NCBI GenBank assembly: GCA_002633005.1
Contig: NMRA01000130.1
Location: 618,082-682,081, forward strand
DNA: 64,000 bases
Source: Phoronis australis
Lineage: Eukaryota > Animalia > Phoronida
Direction of reading: 5' to 3'
This document shows positions 1-13,989 of the stretch, one piece after another. The first letter of the stretch is position 1. Each line of letters opens with the position of its first letter. The position numbers and the translations under genes are program-made. Under the pieces are notes generated by a model. The model was given only the letters and a program-made list of their open reading frames with translations, was not told the origin of the DNA and ran no database searches.

Positions 1-140
1 GGAAGACGAGAGGGGGGGGGCGAGAGGGAGGTGAGAGGGAGGCAGGCAGGCAAGGAGGAAGGGAGGGAGGGAGTGAGAAATAGAGGGAGAGATAGATGGA
101 GGGAGACAGGGTGAAAGGGAGGGAGGGGTGGAGGAACGGA
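1..140. repeat. Purine-rich (GA/GGGA) low-complexity microsatellite-like tract
   Basis: Almost exclusively G/A with repeated gggag/gaga units. Confidence 0.85.
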
Positions 141-1313
141 GAGTGCCTATACTCGTAATGCAATGACTAGTTTAACAACTGCTATTTGGGCTATTTCATG
201 ATTTCAACATTTCACGAGGTTCAAATCATGCAAGCTATCACAAATCCAAAGGATGATTATTTACAGTGCTCCGTGACCCCAGCTCAACTAGAAATGCTTC
301 ACCACATCATTGACGTGATAGGCAAGAGCAGAACCACAAAATACCGGCCTATTTTTTTCTTGTGGTCTACTTATCCACAAGTAAACAACACAGCTTGACT
401 ATCAACCCAACCTGACATAGCTTTAACAAAGACGCATCAGCCGAATAAAATATCTCATGGTCACCAGGCAGTCGTATGTCCACACAGCTAATGAGTACAT
501 TTACAATCAGCGAATAAAAACAATGTTACTGCAAATCTAAAGAGAATACTTTAATACCGATGCTTAACTTATTGCTTGATCAACTTATATATAGGGTTCA
601 CACAACCAGTGCCAATGCCAGTGCATTTTTTCAGCAGCAAAAATGGTAGCATTTTAGCCAAACAGATGTGCTGTCCACATTTGTGACTATTCCTATTTAA
701 TTAAGGTTCTCTGCTGGTGAAAGTGTGACTGAAAACGCAAGTATTTTAGCCAGCATGTGAAGGGAGTAAAAAATTACAAGAATTCTTTTTCTACATTGGT
801 CACAGCAAATTAACATAACTCTACAGGGAATTTATGGCCGACATTATTTAGCAAAGGTACTTTACAGCCAATGACTTGCACTCAAAAAGTGGGAGGGCAC
901 TCACTTGACAGTGGATACAGGACTCTTGATTGAGCTGTTTCAGACATTGATTGACTTTGTAGTGATGAAGTGTTTACTAAAATACTACAAAGACACAGAC
1001 ATTATTTGTACAACAAATTAGACGTATCTATAAAACAGTGCACCAAAAATCAATTTTCAATTTCGAAGAGAATACTCACGAGAAATCCCTTAGAGAGGCT
1101 GAAAACGTTTGAAAATAATTTGGAAGTTCTTAATAGACTGCTGCAAGTAGTTTGCCGATTGCTTTTGACTAGTCTGAAGCACAATTGCGTGTTCTCACCT
1201 GACCTTGACCCTATTATCCCTGAGTGGTGCTCTGATGGACTACAAACAACAAAGGTTGATCACTGTTGCCTCACACAGCATGTAATCGTTGTTCCACGAA
1301 GCTGGGTAAACTA

Positions 1314-1406
1314 CCCTATGTATATTCTTGCACTGGTACAGGGTAATACCTTTTCTACCCGCCCTATGTATATTCTTGCACTGGTACAGGGTAATACCTT
1401 TTCTAC
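1314..1406. repeat. 48-bp-period direct tandem duplication (2 copies)
   Basis: ccctatgtatattcttgcactggtacagggtaataccttttctac at 1314 and 1362. Confidence 0.95.
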
Positions 1407-1500
1407 TGCGATATCACTAAATACAAGATGTGTCCTTGTGGTTTAAGCCTGAACTGTGGTAGGTTGTCCTCAGCCATCTGACGGGTTGCTGATGTTGGTC

Positions 1501-1709
1501 TACGACAGGTCAACTAAGGATAACCTAATGTAATGCTTCATCTGACCAATGGTTCAGTTTCATCATCGCCTATGACAGGTCAACTGTGGATAACCTACTG
1601 TTATGCTTCATCTAACCAATGGTTCAGTTTCATCATCACCTATGACAGGTCAGCTATGGCTAACCTAATGTTATGCTTCATCTGACCAATGGTTCAGTTT
1701 CATCATCGC
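1501..1709. repeat. ~70-bp minisatellite, 3 copies
   Basis: ta(c/t)gacaggtca...atgcttcatct(g/a)accaatggttcagtttcatcatc units starting at 1501, 1571 and 1641. Confidence 0.95.
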
Positions 1710-2249
1710 GTGTCTCCGGTGAATCTAAGCACAATGAGGATCTAATATAATGTATAACACACGACTCCTTGATGTGATGGAAAACTGAATTACATTAAAT
1801 GCTCATCAATTTAGGACATGATACATCGGGCTGGAATTACATTTTGTAAATTTGTGAAAAAAGATTTTTATCATTGGCACGCATAATGCAGTTTACACAC
1901 AAAAGTATTTTAATGCAATGAAAAATTCCACATTCATTGGGATGGCAATAAACCAAGCAAGACTTTAACTTCAAGATCTAGCGGTGAATGATTTCAACAG
2001 ATACTGGGGTGTCAAAACACGACATAAAGAAGCCACTGATACCTACAGTGTAATCCTGAGAAAAAATCGTACAGTTCTGCACTTGTCGAGCGATACTCCG
2101 CCATTTTTTTAGATTTACTGCTAAGTGGAAGTGAGATTCATTCAGACATGATTGTACAACAAGGCCGTCTATTCGACTGGGTTAGGCGAGTTTGACAGGG
2201 AGTAACAGGCATACATAACAACGACTATGCAATGTCAGAATAAGGACCT

Positions 2250-2560
2250 GATTAACGACCCTAAGTCAATTATCGAAAAACTATACTTTGTCAACCACTA
2301 AAAGCATGTATTTTCTCAAAGGAGAAAGACCGGGGATTCTAAAAATATGATTCTCACTACTGTGTCGTTATTAGTCATGTGACGACATTTTTTAAGTCAA
2401 ATTTTCATGTGCATAAATGGTACATTTATAGGAAAAATAACTCCCCAACTGATTTTACTAGAACTTTTTTAAATGAAAACTTTATTTTATGTCTCAAAAA
2501 CGCTGTTAGGAAGTTGCTTTAAAATGCTTAGTACCAAGCGACGTACAAATAATTACTCGG
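2250..2560 (+). mobile_element. Degraded fragment of the TTAA-flanked MITE family seen at 6660 and 17418
   Basis: Shares blocks such as aaaag..tattttct.aaag.ag.aag and gtcatgtgac. Confidence 0.45.
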
Positions 2561-5500
2561 TAAGCGTGTTTGACCAGGAGTAACTAAATACCTGGGTGAA
2601 CAGGTCTACATAACAACGGCCATGCAATGTCAGAATAATTAAGTAATAAGGATATTCTCACAGCTGGCAAAAACATTGAAAACAAACCCTGACAGGGAAA
2701 ATTCCATAAGGTCATAAGCTTCAGTCACCAGGGAATGAAAGACTTCCGGTGAAAACTGACATCTTGTCACAGCAGGGTAAAATCATCCATTATAACTGAT
2801 GGTAGTGACAAAGCAAACTATTACCAAGGGATCCATACATTCCTGGAATTTGCAAACAATTGGAAAGTAAAGATTTTCAATTTTCCACTGGGATCTCTCA
2901 TCTCTGGCTACATTTCTAGGCGTCCAACTTCCAACAATGAGCGTTGGCCTATTAATACCCCTACGTACTACAGAACAGTTGGTGAAATAACGTCAGAAAC
3001 AAAAATAGTATAGTATTTATTAAGTATTAATTTCATTGACAGTATAAGAAAGAAGTTTTCTTCAGCCAGATGCACGTGTATAGGCTGCTATCAGAGCTTT
3101 GATGAAAAACATACGGCTCTGTGCAGGATGAACACTTGAATAGCTGAAATTCATATAGTCACAAGATTTTAAAAAATGACTACGTTATTCGTACGCCACT
3201 ACAGTAATTGCCGATCGTCGAAATTAAGCTCATAAAGTACAGTTCAAGACACTACTCTCCATGCAGCACCATAAGTACCCTTCAGCCAGTTTGCACTTTC
3301 GATCAATTGACAGCAGAACTTTAGACAGTGGTGATACCGATTGTTAACTTTTCAACAACTAATACCGTATGTTTTGCCTAACAATTGATATCCAAAGTCA
3401 AATTAGAAAGTCGTAATTTTTGTAGTAAAGTGATACATGGCGCTCTCGGGTAAACGTCGTTTTGATGGTTGGGTACCAAAAACACAGGTGTGCGTTATTG
3501 CAATTCAAGTGAGAAGCACACTGTTTTGAGACTAAAAACTTTGTTGAAAATCACCGTGGGCAAATGTTTTATCTGTAGCTTCACATCTTTAATGGCCAAT
3601 AAAGCTGGCGCTGGTTTTCTGCGACCTCCAGTTACAAAGTGTGATAACAGTAGCCGTGGCAACTGTCACTTATTTGCAAAAGTTTCACACCAGAGCAGAT
3701 CTAGACAGGTCTCTGCCTTTAATTCATTGCCAGGGGTCCATTGTCGCCTTCGCGATGAGCCAGGGCACTAAGTGCTCGAAGCGGGAACTGACACGAATTC
3801 ACAATTTCCACTTACAACTATATTGAATACTACGCTTCATATGCAAACAAATGCTTTACATTTGAACAACGGGCAACCAAATTTGTGTAACAAGAACCAA
3901 AATGTGATTGCAAAGAAATAACAACAGTTTTATGCTCAGGTGGTATGTTTTCAAGGACAACGTGGCCTTCATTCATGAATGATTCCTGTACTCAGGTCAC
4001 AGAAATAGCCGAGAATCATCCACAATTTCCTGATTTCGGCCAAGGTACAAAAATGTGTTCAAAAGGCTTGTAGTATGATAACAGAGGAAAGCAACATACT
4101 TGTTACATTAATTTAGTATATATATTTCAAGTGCTTGAACTTGACGAACTCTTTGAGATAAGGTCTTCAGTGGTTTGATGATCACAAGTAATTCACTTGG
4201 CAGTTAGCCACAATTCCAAGTGCATGCTATCAGCAGGAGCTGCCAACACACAGTCTGGCTTATCACCTTCCTTGTTGGTTTATGAGGTCAAACCTGCAGG
4301 GAGGCAATTCCTGCACCGACTGCGTTCACAACTACAAAACCTCACCAATTTCGGACTAAAACGATTAATAAAATTACTGCTGTTTCATTTTTCGAAAACT
4401 TGTGACCGTTTCAAATGCTTGCAGTTTCCCAGAACATTGTTTGATGATAGCTCCGCTACAGACCTTGAATTTTTTAAACCATTACCAGTACTTTCATTCC
4501 ATTCATCATTTAAATGCAAACCGTTAAACTAACATTCACTTTCCGCCACAAATTGAATCCTACATTGGTGACATTTTACTGCAGAAGGACATTCGGCAAG
4601 AGTATTGTGCTCCAGATTACCTTTTGTCTTGTCAACACCAACTGCTCTTGGGAAATTTACCAAAATGTAAACTACAGCACAGCAACCTGCTTCAGCAGCT
4701 GACCTTCTGATTTTTAAAATCCTCAGTGATGTGTGGAAAACATATGCAGGCTATGGTCGTACTTTTTATTTTTGTGCAATTACGTCTACTTACACCATCT
4801 AGAGTTGTGTAAACGATTACCAGTAGGCAAACACATGTGTCTAACGTCACCAAAAATCGATGAAATGACGTGTGTATGAATTGTCTCAGTGCGTGACCAC
4901 AGAGCATTGTCAGTTTTGCTGATAATCTTGTTCGTTCCTGATGCCAATGATGCAAAGAAACACAAAACTTGCAGACAGACGCGAAACTGAGACAGAAACG
5001 TGGACTAGTTACCTCCAGGGGGTAACAGATTTTGAGAACAAGTTGATTTCCCTGTAAAAGATTATTATTGAAAAATGCACCACCAGGAATGAGAACACAA
5101 GATATTGCAGAGTTTCAGCCATCTGGGTTACAATCTTACAAGAAAGGAACATCTGACTTCAGTTGCATATAGTTGATGTGACTACGTGTAGGTTCCTTTT
5201 AACAGCACCAGAAGTTCGTAAAACATGCCAATTTAAAATTTTCTTTCCCTAGAATTGGAACTTCATTGTAGCTACATCCAAATCCATTTATGTTCTTGGA
5301 AATCTGTGTCACTCACTTAAACAGTGCTTCTTCATAGGTTCTTTCTCAACCTCGTTTCCGTGCCAACAATTCACTTAGTGCTGCATCGCTAGTTTTGACT
5401 GGATAGGAACCATGGATATGCAACGCGCATCATTCTTTATGTTCCCACGGTCATCGATGTCTCCATTTTGGGGCTGAATATTGCCTTTTGTAAATACTAA

Positions 5501-5619
5501 CATATAACGCAAAATTCCCCTCTCATGATTAAAAAAATTCCTTAAAAGTTTGATTCCGAAGGTGAAATAAACCAGCATTGATTTACCCTACTTGTACTCC
5601 TACTGCAGTACAATCTCAC

Positions 5620-5900
5620 CCATTTAGGACATAACATGGCCCACAATTAAAATTTTATTTTTGTTCGTAAATCAGAAATTGGTTCACACAGTTACTGTTC
5701 TTTACTCAGATGAAATTTGATTTTAGGTCTTTCAAAGAACTGACAATTTGCCAGTGTTCGAGACCAAGTTCGGTGAATAAAATGACACGCAGCGAGATGT
5801 CAACTTGTAAAGCCTGGTCTCAAGCAAAAACAAGCTGTCCGTTCTCTCGAAGCCCAAAATCAAATTTACCGGTATAATGATTAAGGAACAATTAGAGGGC
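5620..5900 (+). repeat. Interspersed repeat family member (related copies at ~38715-38920 and ~40310-40520)
   Basis: Shared block atttag(g/t)ac..aa.atggcc.acaa followed by similar AT-rich sequence. Confidence 0.5.
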
Positions 5901-6101
5901 AAATTCATAACAGAAAATGGTCTTAATCAAAATTTGCTTTTTTGACACAAAAGGCAGGCTCTAACTCCAAACATCCTGACTTCAAAATCCAACCTTTCCA
6001 TTCCTTCGGCCAGAACACAGAGAATAGAATCTGGATTAGTTTATTACAACTTCAGGGGTGATCCAGCAGTATTGAGCAAAGAATGCCATTCATGAGTGCT
6101 A

Positions 6102-6524
6102 AGTCCCGTTTAGACATCAACTTTTGGCCCGGCGCAACTGACACGGAGCAAATTGAGCCGTGTCAAGCGGCCGTTTACACACACAACTCACTAACCGTGG
6201 CAAGATGGAAATTAAAGGCTGGAGAGACTGGATTGCACATGCGCAGGTTTACAAATGACGAGAGTTGCTGAGACAAAGAACCCGTACGTAGGTCATTGCA
6301 CAAGCGCAGTAGAGATGATCCTTTCCGCCTTACTCCAGTTTCGCGTTTAGACTTATAATTGACACGGCACAAGATGTTCGGGCGCAAATTACTCTACCTC
6401 ACAAACGGGTGGCAAAAATTTGTCACTGCGGTATCAATTTGCGCCGTGTCAGTCCGTTTACACACTGGAACAACTTGTTCCGTGTCAGCTGATCCGTGTC
6501 AACTTTGTAAGTGTAAACGGCACT
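6102..6524. mobile_element. PIF/Harbinger-type MITE (~423 bp)
   Basis: TIRs agtcccgtttagac / gtaaacggcact. 3-bp TSD CTA at 6099-6101 and 6525-6527. Subterminal ccgtgtca/tgacacgg motifs repeated in both orientations. Confidence 0.8.
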
Positions 6525-6659
6525 CTACACTCACTACTTTAACTACACCCCTAATACTCAAGCTAGCCCACTAGCAAGAAAAAACCCTCTGCCTGGTGGT
6601 CTGAAGTGTGCAAGGCCACATATCGAAACAAGCACCAAACCACAGTATTGGGTACTTAA

Positions 6660-7206
6660 GGTCACGTAGGAACTTGTCAAACTGCCGGTGCATTTTCAAT
6701 AGCCAAATATCTACAAAACTATGGACTATAACTCAGTAAAAGTACTTATTTTCTGAAAGTAGTAAGCCTGAAGAATTTGATTTTTAACTTTACCCTAATC
6801 TGCTATTAATTGGGTCATGTGACCATGCCTTTTCAGTAAAAATTTGCAAAAAAGAAAGGAACATCCATAGCAAAACAACGGTATCAATAACATGAACAAA
6901 TTTATTTCTATAAAAATGTTCAAGATGAAATCTCAGAAATGATGTTGCAGTTTTCTAAATCATCATTCGGTTTTCGTTGTATGCAACTTTTGAGTTTTTT
7001 TTTGTGAAAATTATGCAAGTCCTACTTTTGGTAGCATGTCATTCATTGCAAAAGTAAAAAATTTTAACAACAATTCCCAGCAGCGTTTTGGGGAACAACA
7101 CATAAAGCATGGTACCTGAGAGTTTCATATGAATCCGATCAGCCATTTTTGACATACGTTCCGAAATTTGCCACATTTGGCCATTTTTCAAGAATCCTAC
7201 ATAACC
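6660..7206 (+). mobile_element. Non-autonomous DNA transposon (MITE) with TTAA-type flanks, Kolobok-like
   Basis: ttaa|ggtcacgtagga ... tcctacataacc|ctaa imperfect TIRs. Internal sequence homologous to 17418-17935 and 23460-23960. Confidence 0.7.
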
Positions 7207-10200
7207 CTAAAGGCAGTAACGGGGGGGGGAGGGTGGACTTGGTGAACCTTGGGGGTGAAACTGGTGGTTCCTCACTCAAATAAACGTACCCAATGCAACG
7301 CTGTTGTAGTCTCGTGCCCATTTTTGAACTTCACAGTCTATAGGAGCGTATTTCGGGATGTGGGAATTGAAAGTTAGCCAATCACACGCAGACGCCATGA
7401 TCACCGAAACCATTCACATATTCAGACATATTCAGATTCAATTTTTACTGCAAAATTTCCTCAATGCCCTTATTGGATAAGACACCTGCAACGGAGCTCT
7501 TACAAAACTGCGATGTAGTCTTAACACCAAGAATAAACCGCCAACCGGGCACTCTGAATGCCTAAGCAGAGTACCTAACAGAAGAAATCTTAGGAGTGTA
7601 TGTTTGAAAGTCTACACTGAAACGTAAAACAAAACTGAGAAGGGTTTCACAAGTTTGAATGCGAATTGAAACATATATCTACAAGCAAAATTGAAAAAAA
7701 ACACGGGTATTTTGTTCCTTAGCTTGAACCAGCTTTTCATAAATTTGGCTGTATCTCACTGAGAAGGATCCCTGCTTATAAACACTTCTGTTCTCAATTA
7801 TAATTTTCAGTTACAAAATTCACTGACCAGTCACTTGTTAGCACATATCAGAATTTCACGATATTCCCAAGTCAAGACAGAAATGATAGCGATAATGAAC
7901 TTGGCATTACACCAGAAAAAGAAATCTGAGAATTTTAGCTTTTTTATTGCAAAAGGACAGGATAGGCATTATCTGGATGGCGATTGAAATGACTTGGTTG
8001 ATTAATTGAAATGAGACAGTTACGGCCTACCTACTTCATTGGTGACACCCAGTTCCTACACTAAAGCCATTAACCCACTTTTAATTCTAACATTATTTAT
8101 AACTTTGTCTACATTATAATCATATCCTCATCAAAGTTGAAACAATGACTCCTGAGCAGTGACAGCTCAATCAAACTTGTGAATAAAGCATGATAATAGA
8201 GTCAGTGTAAAAAAAGTATTGTAATGCTGAGTACCCAGACCACAGGCAAACTCTTACTCTATTGGGGTAAACATTTGTGTTAACGCCCATGCATGTGAGC
8301 ACCCACGTACTGTACGGCTAAGCGTCCACCCTTTGCCTTTGAAGTTTTTCAACACAAGCACACAAAGTCCAGACTAGCGCCCACCCATAATTTGCTTCAA
8401 GGAATAGATTTTCAAGATGGTAAGAAGCTTTTTCGGATCAATTTCGAGTCACAGTAAAGGCCAGGAGTATTGGTCGTCCTTAGAGACATCTTATTTTATT
8501 ACAGTCTCCTGCAGTGCATTAGGAACGGGTCATTGTTGAAATCAACACTTACCAAGACCACAGACAGCCAGTCTCTCATTCAAAGCTGCAACCAATGTAT
8601 TTTCAAAAAAAAATCTTTTCTTGTAATTTTAAGAGCCAAATCCCGGCCTTGTTTACCTCCAAAGCTGAATGGACAGTTGTGTTTGGGTGACTTGACAGTT
8701 TGAGGCTGACCTTTTTACATATATGGCAGGTATTCATTGACAAGGAAGCAAATTCAAATCATAAAATGATGAAAATTGACACAAAGTTGAAGTGATATGA
8801 GATTTTTTATTTCATCCAAAACTAGTTATTGATTACGTAACGAACTTTAGACACAAGATTTTTTTGCTTGTGAAATTTGCACAACATCATTTCCACATAT
8901 CAGTACGTTGTTCAGCCACGGCATACAACGCCCGCGAAAGTTTTTTTATCAGGAAGTTTTGCAATCGTTCCAGTAATAAAATTTGAGCTGAGAACAAAAA
9001 GGAGAAAGTTTTCAAGTAAGATTGATCTAACTTTGAATATCCAACCATTGCATAGATGGCAGGCCAGTCCTATAATTCTGGGTAGTATTATTCCCTCCTA
9101 CAAGTTACAGTACATACTTGGCTATCAAATCTGAAGGTCGTAGGTGGCCAGGTTCTGGATAAGTGTCCATGTACCATTAAGTGCCCACTCCCAATTTCTT
9201 GAAATTTCTGATTTAGCGTCCACCACCCAATTTCCCGAATTGCCAATCGAAACGCCGAGGAAGTTGACCTGAATGTTAACAGTATGGTGAACTCTCTCTT
9301 TGAGTAAAAATAATAGCAAAATTGACCTTTTTTGTTTTTCAAAGGTTTTTGACATTTTACAAATGCCTACAATGTTTGAGAATCATTGTCTGAAGGTGGC
9401 TGTGATAATAATATAGCATTCATTTGGTGTAACTTGCCTTTAATGAAAAAAATTGTGTCTTAAATAGAGTGAGATTTCACAAGTTCATTTTTTTATAAAG
9501 AGAGAAAAATACCTAGTTCACTTGATCTAGGATAGGATTAACAGCACGACAAGGTCACAAGACAACCTATGAATATATTTCGAGACGTGGGGTGAAAATA
9601 AACCCAACTTGTACACCTGAATTGTACGCACTGCTGCTTTCAAGGTCAAACAGTGCAGGCCTATGGGTTACTAGCAATTTTATGGCAAACTCATTCAGTC
9701 AATGGGGTAGTCCACACACACAGGCTGTACTTCACGAATCATTCAATTTGTGAAATTTTTCGTTTTAAGTAAGAGAACAGTGAACACTTGTGAGTTAGCT
9801 AACACATGTGTATCAATAACAAACAATAACAATAACAATAACAGTCATCAAATAATTTTAATAACTGTTCATTTAATCCCCAAAAGCAGACTCTGTATCC
9901 TCCATGAAAACAAACCTATGCAGATTCATGCACTGAAGTCAAAAGTATGTGAATTTTTAATATTCTATTCTAAAATCAGGACAGTGTGGAAAACAACACT
10001 GATTTTTTCAACATCAGTGACAATTAGGGCAGCAATTTGTACACCTGTAATCAGCTTTGTGGTAAAAAAACATGGATTTTACGGTGTAAAGAACTCGCTT
10101 TTCCGCCATCACGGAAAATGAACGGAACTCACGGAATCTGACTTGTTTCACGAAAATACAGATTTCGAATGGAATTGACATCATTCAGTAGCACATACCA

Positions 10201-10959
10201 TGATTAAAATATTTCTGGTTATTAATTACCGAAAATTTAATATAAAATCCATTAAATTAAAAAACTTGGGCCACAAATCGGTCAACGACCATTTTGTAGC
10301 AGACAAGTTGAAGCAGTTGTTCATTCTTTCAGACAGTAGCGCTATTCTTTCTCTGGTTTAGAGAAACAATAAACATGGCACCCCACAAGTTATTGGTAAA
10401 ACTTTGCACAATAATCTATGGTAAAATGGAGCCATGGCATAACTCAGCGAAAAAGTACGACAATTCATAGATATTTATGAATTGATCATAACTTTAAAAC
10501 GATGAAACGGAATATGTTAATTTACAAACCGAAACAAACATTATATGTTTGTTAAAACGGATTTCTCTGTTTTTGAAAAGGGAAACCCTGGTCTCTACTC
10601 TCGGATGCTAGGGAGAGCAGCCCATGAGATGCGACATGTCCTCAACTCACTCAGTACCTTGAATGGCGAATGGTAACTGTTTTGTGCCCTGCAAAGTGAT
10701 CTTAAAAAGATATTTGAAACATGTAGTCTCCTGTTGTTAGGTTTGTTAGAAACCAACGTTCGTAGCAAAAAATTACCGTTCCTTATTGCAAACTGTCTGA
10801 TATCCATACAGGCATGGATTAACAAAGAAACTTTTCATTACTGATAGATTATGTTCAATATATATCCACTTTGAAAAAAATGACATCATATTTTCTTAAA
10901 ATTTATCGAAGTTTTTAGTCAAAAGTCACAGTACTTTAGGTAGTACGTACAAGTTTGGA

Positions 10960-11290
10960 AGAACAAATTCCAGACATGTACATAAATTTCATGCCTATCG
11001 GAGAATATAGACCAAGACATGTACCAATTTTGCTATTTTCTCTATGTCCAGCACATTTGTCCTGTAGTGTCAAAATCTGTCAGGACATTTTGAAAATTAG
11101 CTAGACACAATTTGCTTCAAGTCAAATGTTTCAAGATTTGATTTTCTGATGACTGCTCTTTTATTGACTGATCCTTGGCTGCTCTTTTGTTGGTTATAAG
11201 AAAGGATCATCAAGAGGTTTTGGAGATACAGCAGCAGACGGCAGATGGACGGGAATGATGACATACATACATGTGGGTGCATAAAAATAC
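10960..11290 (+). mobile_element. Degenerate Helitron/Helentron-associated (HINE-like) repeat remnant
   Basis: aaatttcatgcctatcgg and ggttttggagata motifs followed by a cagacggcagatggacgg microsatellite-like tail. Similar remnant ends at ~4970-5030 with the gttacctccagggggtaac hairpin. Confidence 0.35.
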
Positions 11291-13395
11291 AACTTTTTAG
11301 AAAATAAAAAAGTTGAGACTAACTTGTAAAACAACAGTCACGTTTGTATTTGCAGATATCAACAACTTACAGTTCTGTATTTTCAACATTCTAATCCATT
11401 TAATGAATACATTAAATTGAAAGCCATGAGGGTATACTATCATCTTTGAAAGCCAAGAACAAAAGATACATTGCTTTTACAATTCCAACACCAATGACAA
11501 GTATAATAAAACCGCATAATTTTCAATGAAACCAAACTTGTGAGAGCAAGTCGGATAAATTCGAAACAGTGACTTTGAAAGTTCTAAGTGACGAATTATT
11601 GCACCATGATTCCAGTCTCAAGATACACTTCTTGTCATATGCCGTCCATGGCTACCAACCACTGTGTCTATATCACCACAATGAAATCAATAGCTATTTG
11701 AATTGCTATGAGCTGGCTTATCTTTCACGGAAATTTGCTATGTAAATAGAAAACTTGCATGTAAAAATCAAATTTTGATTAGATATGCATTTCGAGTTAA
11801 ATAATATAAATGTGATTAAAGAAACACCAAAACAATGATTTTCGACTACTACGAGCCCGCACATACCCAACACCTGAAACTACAGTAGTTTGCAACAACC
11901 GGATGCTTGCCTTGCACGCAACATTGTCATTAAAACGGCGAGAAAAAAAATTACTCACAGTAAACATTACCATTGATCAAAGCTGCATTTCGCCTAGTGA
12001 AACTTGACCAAAAATGAAACTTGAATTAAACCTTTGACTAGATAAGAAAATAGGTCTCATAAGAGGTCATAAGGTGATAAGATTCTATTTCCTTTACCAA
12101 CTCAAGTCAATACGTACATTTGTCCTTTTGAATTCGCAGTTCCCTAATAAACTCGGAAGCATGTTTTTAGATCGCTGGAGGTTCTGATGTTCTTGTTAGT
12201 ACTTAACAGAAATAGAATCCTATTAAGGAATACCATAAAAGTAGAAAAGGCCGACTTTCATTTTCAGCCAGCTACACAGAGAGAAGATGCAGCTATAAAT
12301 GTCAACAGTAATATTTACTGGATTCTTTTCATTTCGCAGCATGACGAAAATACGTGGAAAGCTTTCCAGTGCCGTTAACAAAAATCACAATTACTATAAA
12401 CTACAAATCTGAAAATGGTAAGTTATTTTGGTCACGTTCTGCCTCTTAACATTATGATGTACTCAAAGGAAAGGCAAGCCTCGTAGCACAAAATATTTTT
12501 TTTGCAGCATACAGTTGAACAATAAGGCCAGGCAATGAGAGAATGAGTTTTATATGTTAAAGGCGGCAGCCTTATAATCGTGACATTATGAAAAAAGTGA
12601 ACAACATTTCAATGAGATGACAAAGGAGTCCATTAACATGGTCTACTGATCACATGAAAAGGCATCAACACAGAGCATTAACAAGAAAATGCGAACGCTA
12701 AAACTCCCCTTAAGGAGCAGGTCAGTAACGTCAATTCTCGGAGATGACCTGATGAACTAGAAGCATTATTTCTTCTGTCACGAAACAATCTGAATATTAA
12801 GTTGCTCAGGCAAATGAAGTCACAGGACTGAGACTAAGTTTCTCAGATTCACCGCTTATTTCACCCTCTCGGGTCATCTAGCCAGGTCACGGGGTCAGGC
12901 ACAATTTTGATGACATCAATGAACAAGCTCGCGGATAAGTCATGAAAGACTCTTAGCTACAAAGACCTTTGAAGAACGACTTCATGTATTGTAAAACGAA
13001 CACAGTAGACATAGAACAACTTCTATACATCTCTTGAGTATGGAATACTAAAAGTATGAGTCAATATTAAAATATTTAATTATTATGCTTTTAACAATGT
13101 AATGTTCGACTGGTGCTAGACACACCCCCTTTCCTATGGAACAAGCGCGACTCCTGGCTGCATATCTTAACAACCCCCTAGCTAGCAATTACATCACCCT
13201 GAATGCTGCAGGCACACAGGGGCGACAGTACACCCCCATAAAAAGTTACAGCAAATAAAATCGAATGAAACATGCATATATAATGTTAAGTTATAATTAA
13301 CACATACCATGACTCTGGATACAATTTAGTTGAAACATAACTGGAACATATCCATAAAAATCTGTCATGGTTCACTTGAGTTTCTCTCACCAGGT

Positions 13396-13739
13396 GCCAT
13401 TTTGAGGAACAAAAAGTCTAAGGGAAACAAATCTTACAAATTCCACCTGATAGCTTCCCATGCTATTTTGCAAGTGTCATGCGCCATGTCACGCATTTCG
13501 CTCAGTCTCGTGCTAGCCTTTGCCCAACTCACGTGACTCAGTTGAAATATTATGTGGTTATCGCACGCGCGGTGAAAAAGTTAACGGTGACCAAAAAAGG
13601 GAATTGGAATTCTTCGCCAAAGTCACCTTAATTCTCATAGTTATGCTTCATCGAAGATATTTGTAGAAGCAGACAGGATCACTAAAACGACAGTTTTAAG
13701 TGTAGAATGTATTTTTGACGAGGTGAAAACTCTTGATCG
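13396..13739. promoter_or_regulatory. Putative bidirectional promoter and RUNDC3 non-coding first exon
   Basis: CpG-enriched. TCACGTGAC E-box at 13529-13537 overlapping TGACTCA. GCCATTTT (YY1/Kozak-type) at the minus-strand ATG 13400. Plus-strand donor CG|GTGAGC after 13739, and the RUNDC3 ATG exon begins with an acceptor at 14939. Confidence 0.5.
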
Positions 13740-13989
13740 GTGAGCTGCTTTTGCCTACCACCTGTTTAAAATACACAAGAGGAAATTAGTACAGAAAACA
13801 ATGGGGAAGCATTGTAGCCCCTAATCGGCCAACCAAGGGACTACCCCAAGCGTCCTGGAATTTGCCCTCCGCAAGGCTCTCTTTGGGATTTAGATCTAGA
13901 CCAACAGAGGTCCGCAAGCCCTAAATTACAGTTCTGCATCTATAAATCATCTGTTCATCTATGTCAATTGTAGTAATTGAAGAGGGCGA

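Larger units (their letters stand above)
905..13400 (-). other. Candidate 5' exons of an unidentified minus-strand gene running off the left edge
   Basis: aaaATGGCACCTG|gtgaga at 13400-13391. AG/GT-bounded segments at 10688-10651 (gtgagt), 9268-9118 (gtatgt), 5473-5317 (gtgagt) and 984-905 (gtgagt). No unambiguous single ORF links them. Confidence 0.3.

Noticed and set aside
970-1446. 158-aa ORF with a repeated peptide
   Set aside because: GTG start, and the repeat comes from a 48-bp DNA duplication. No domain signal.
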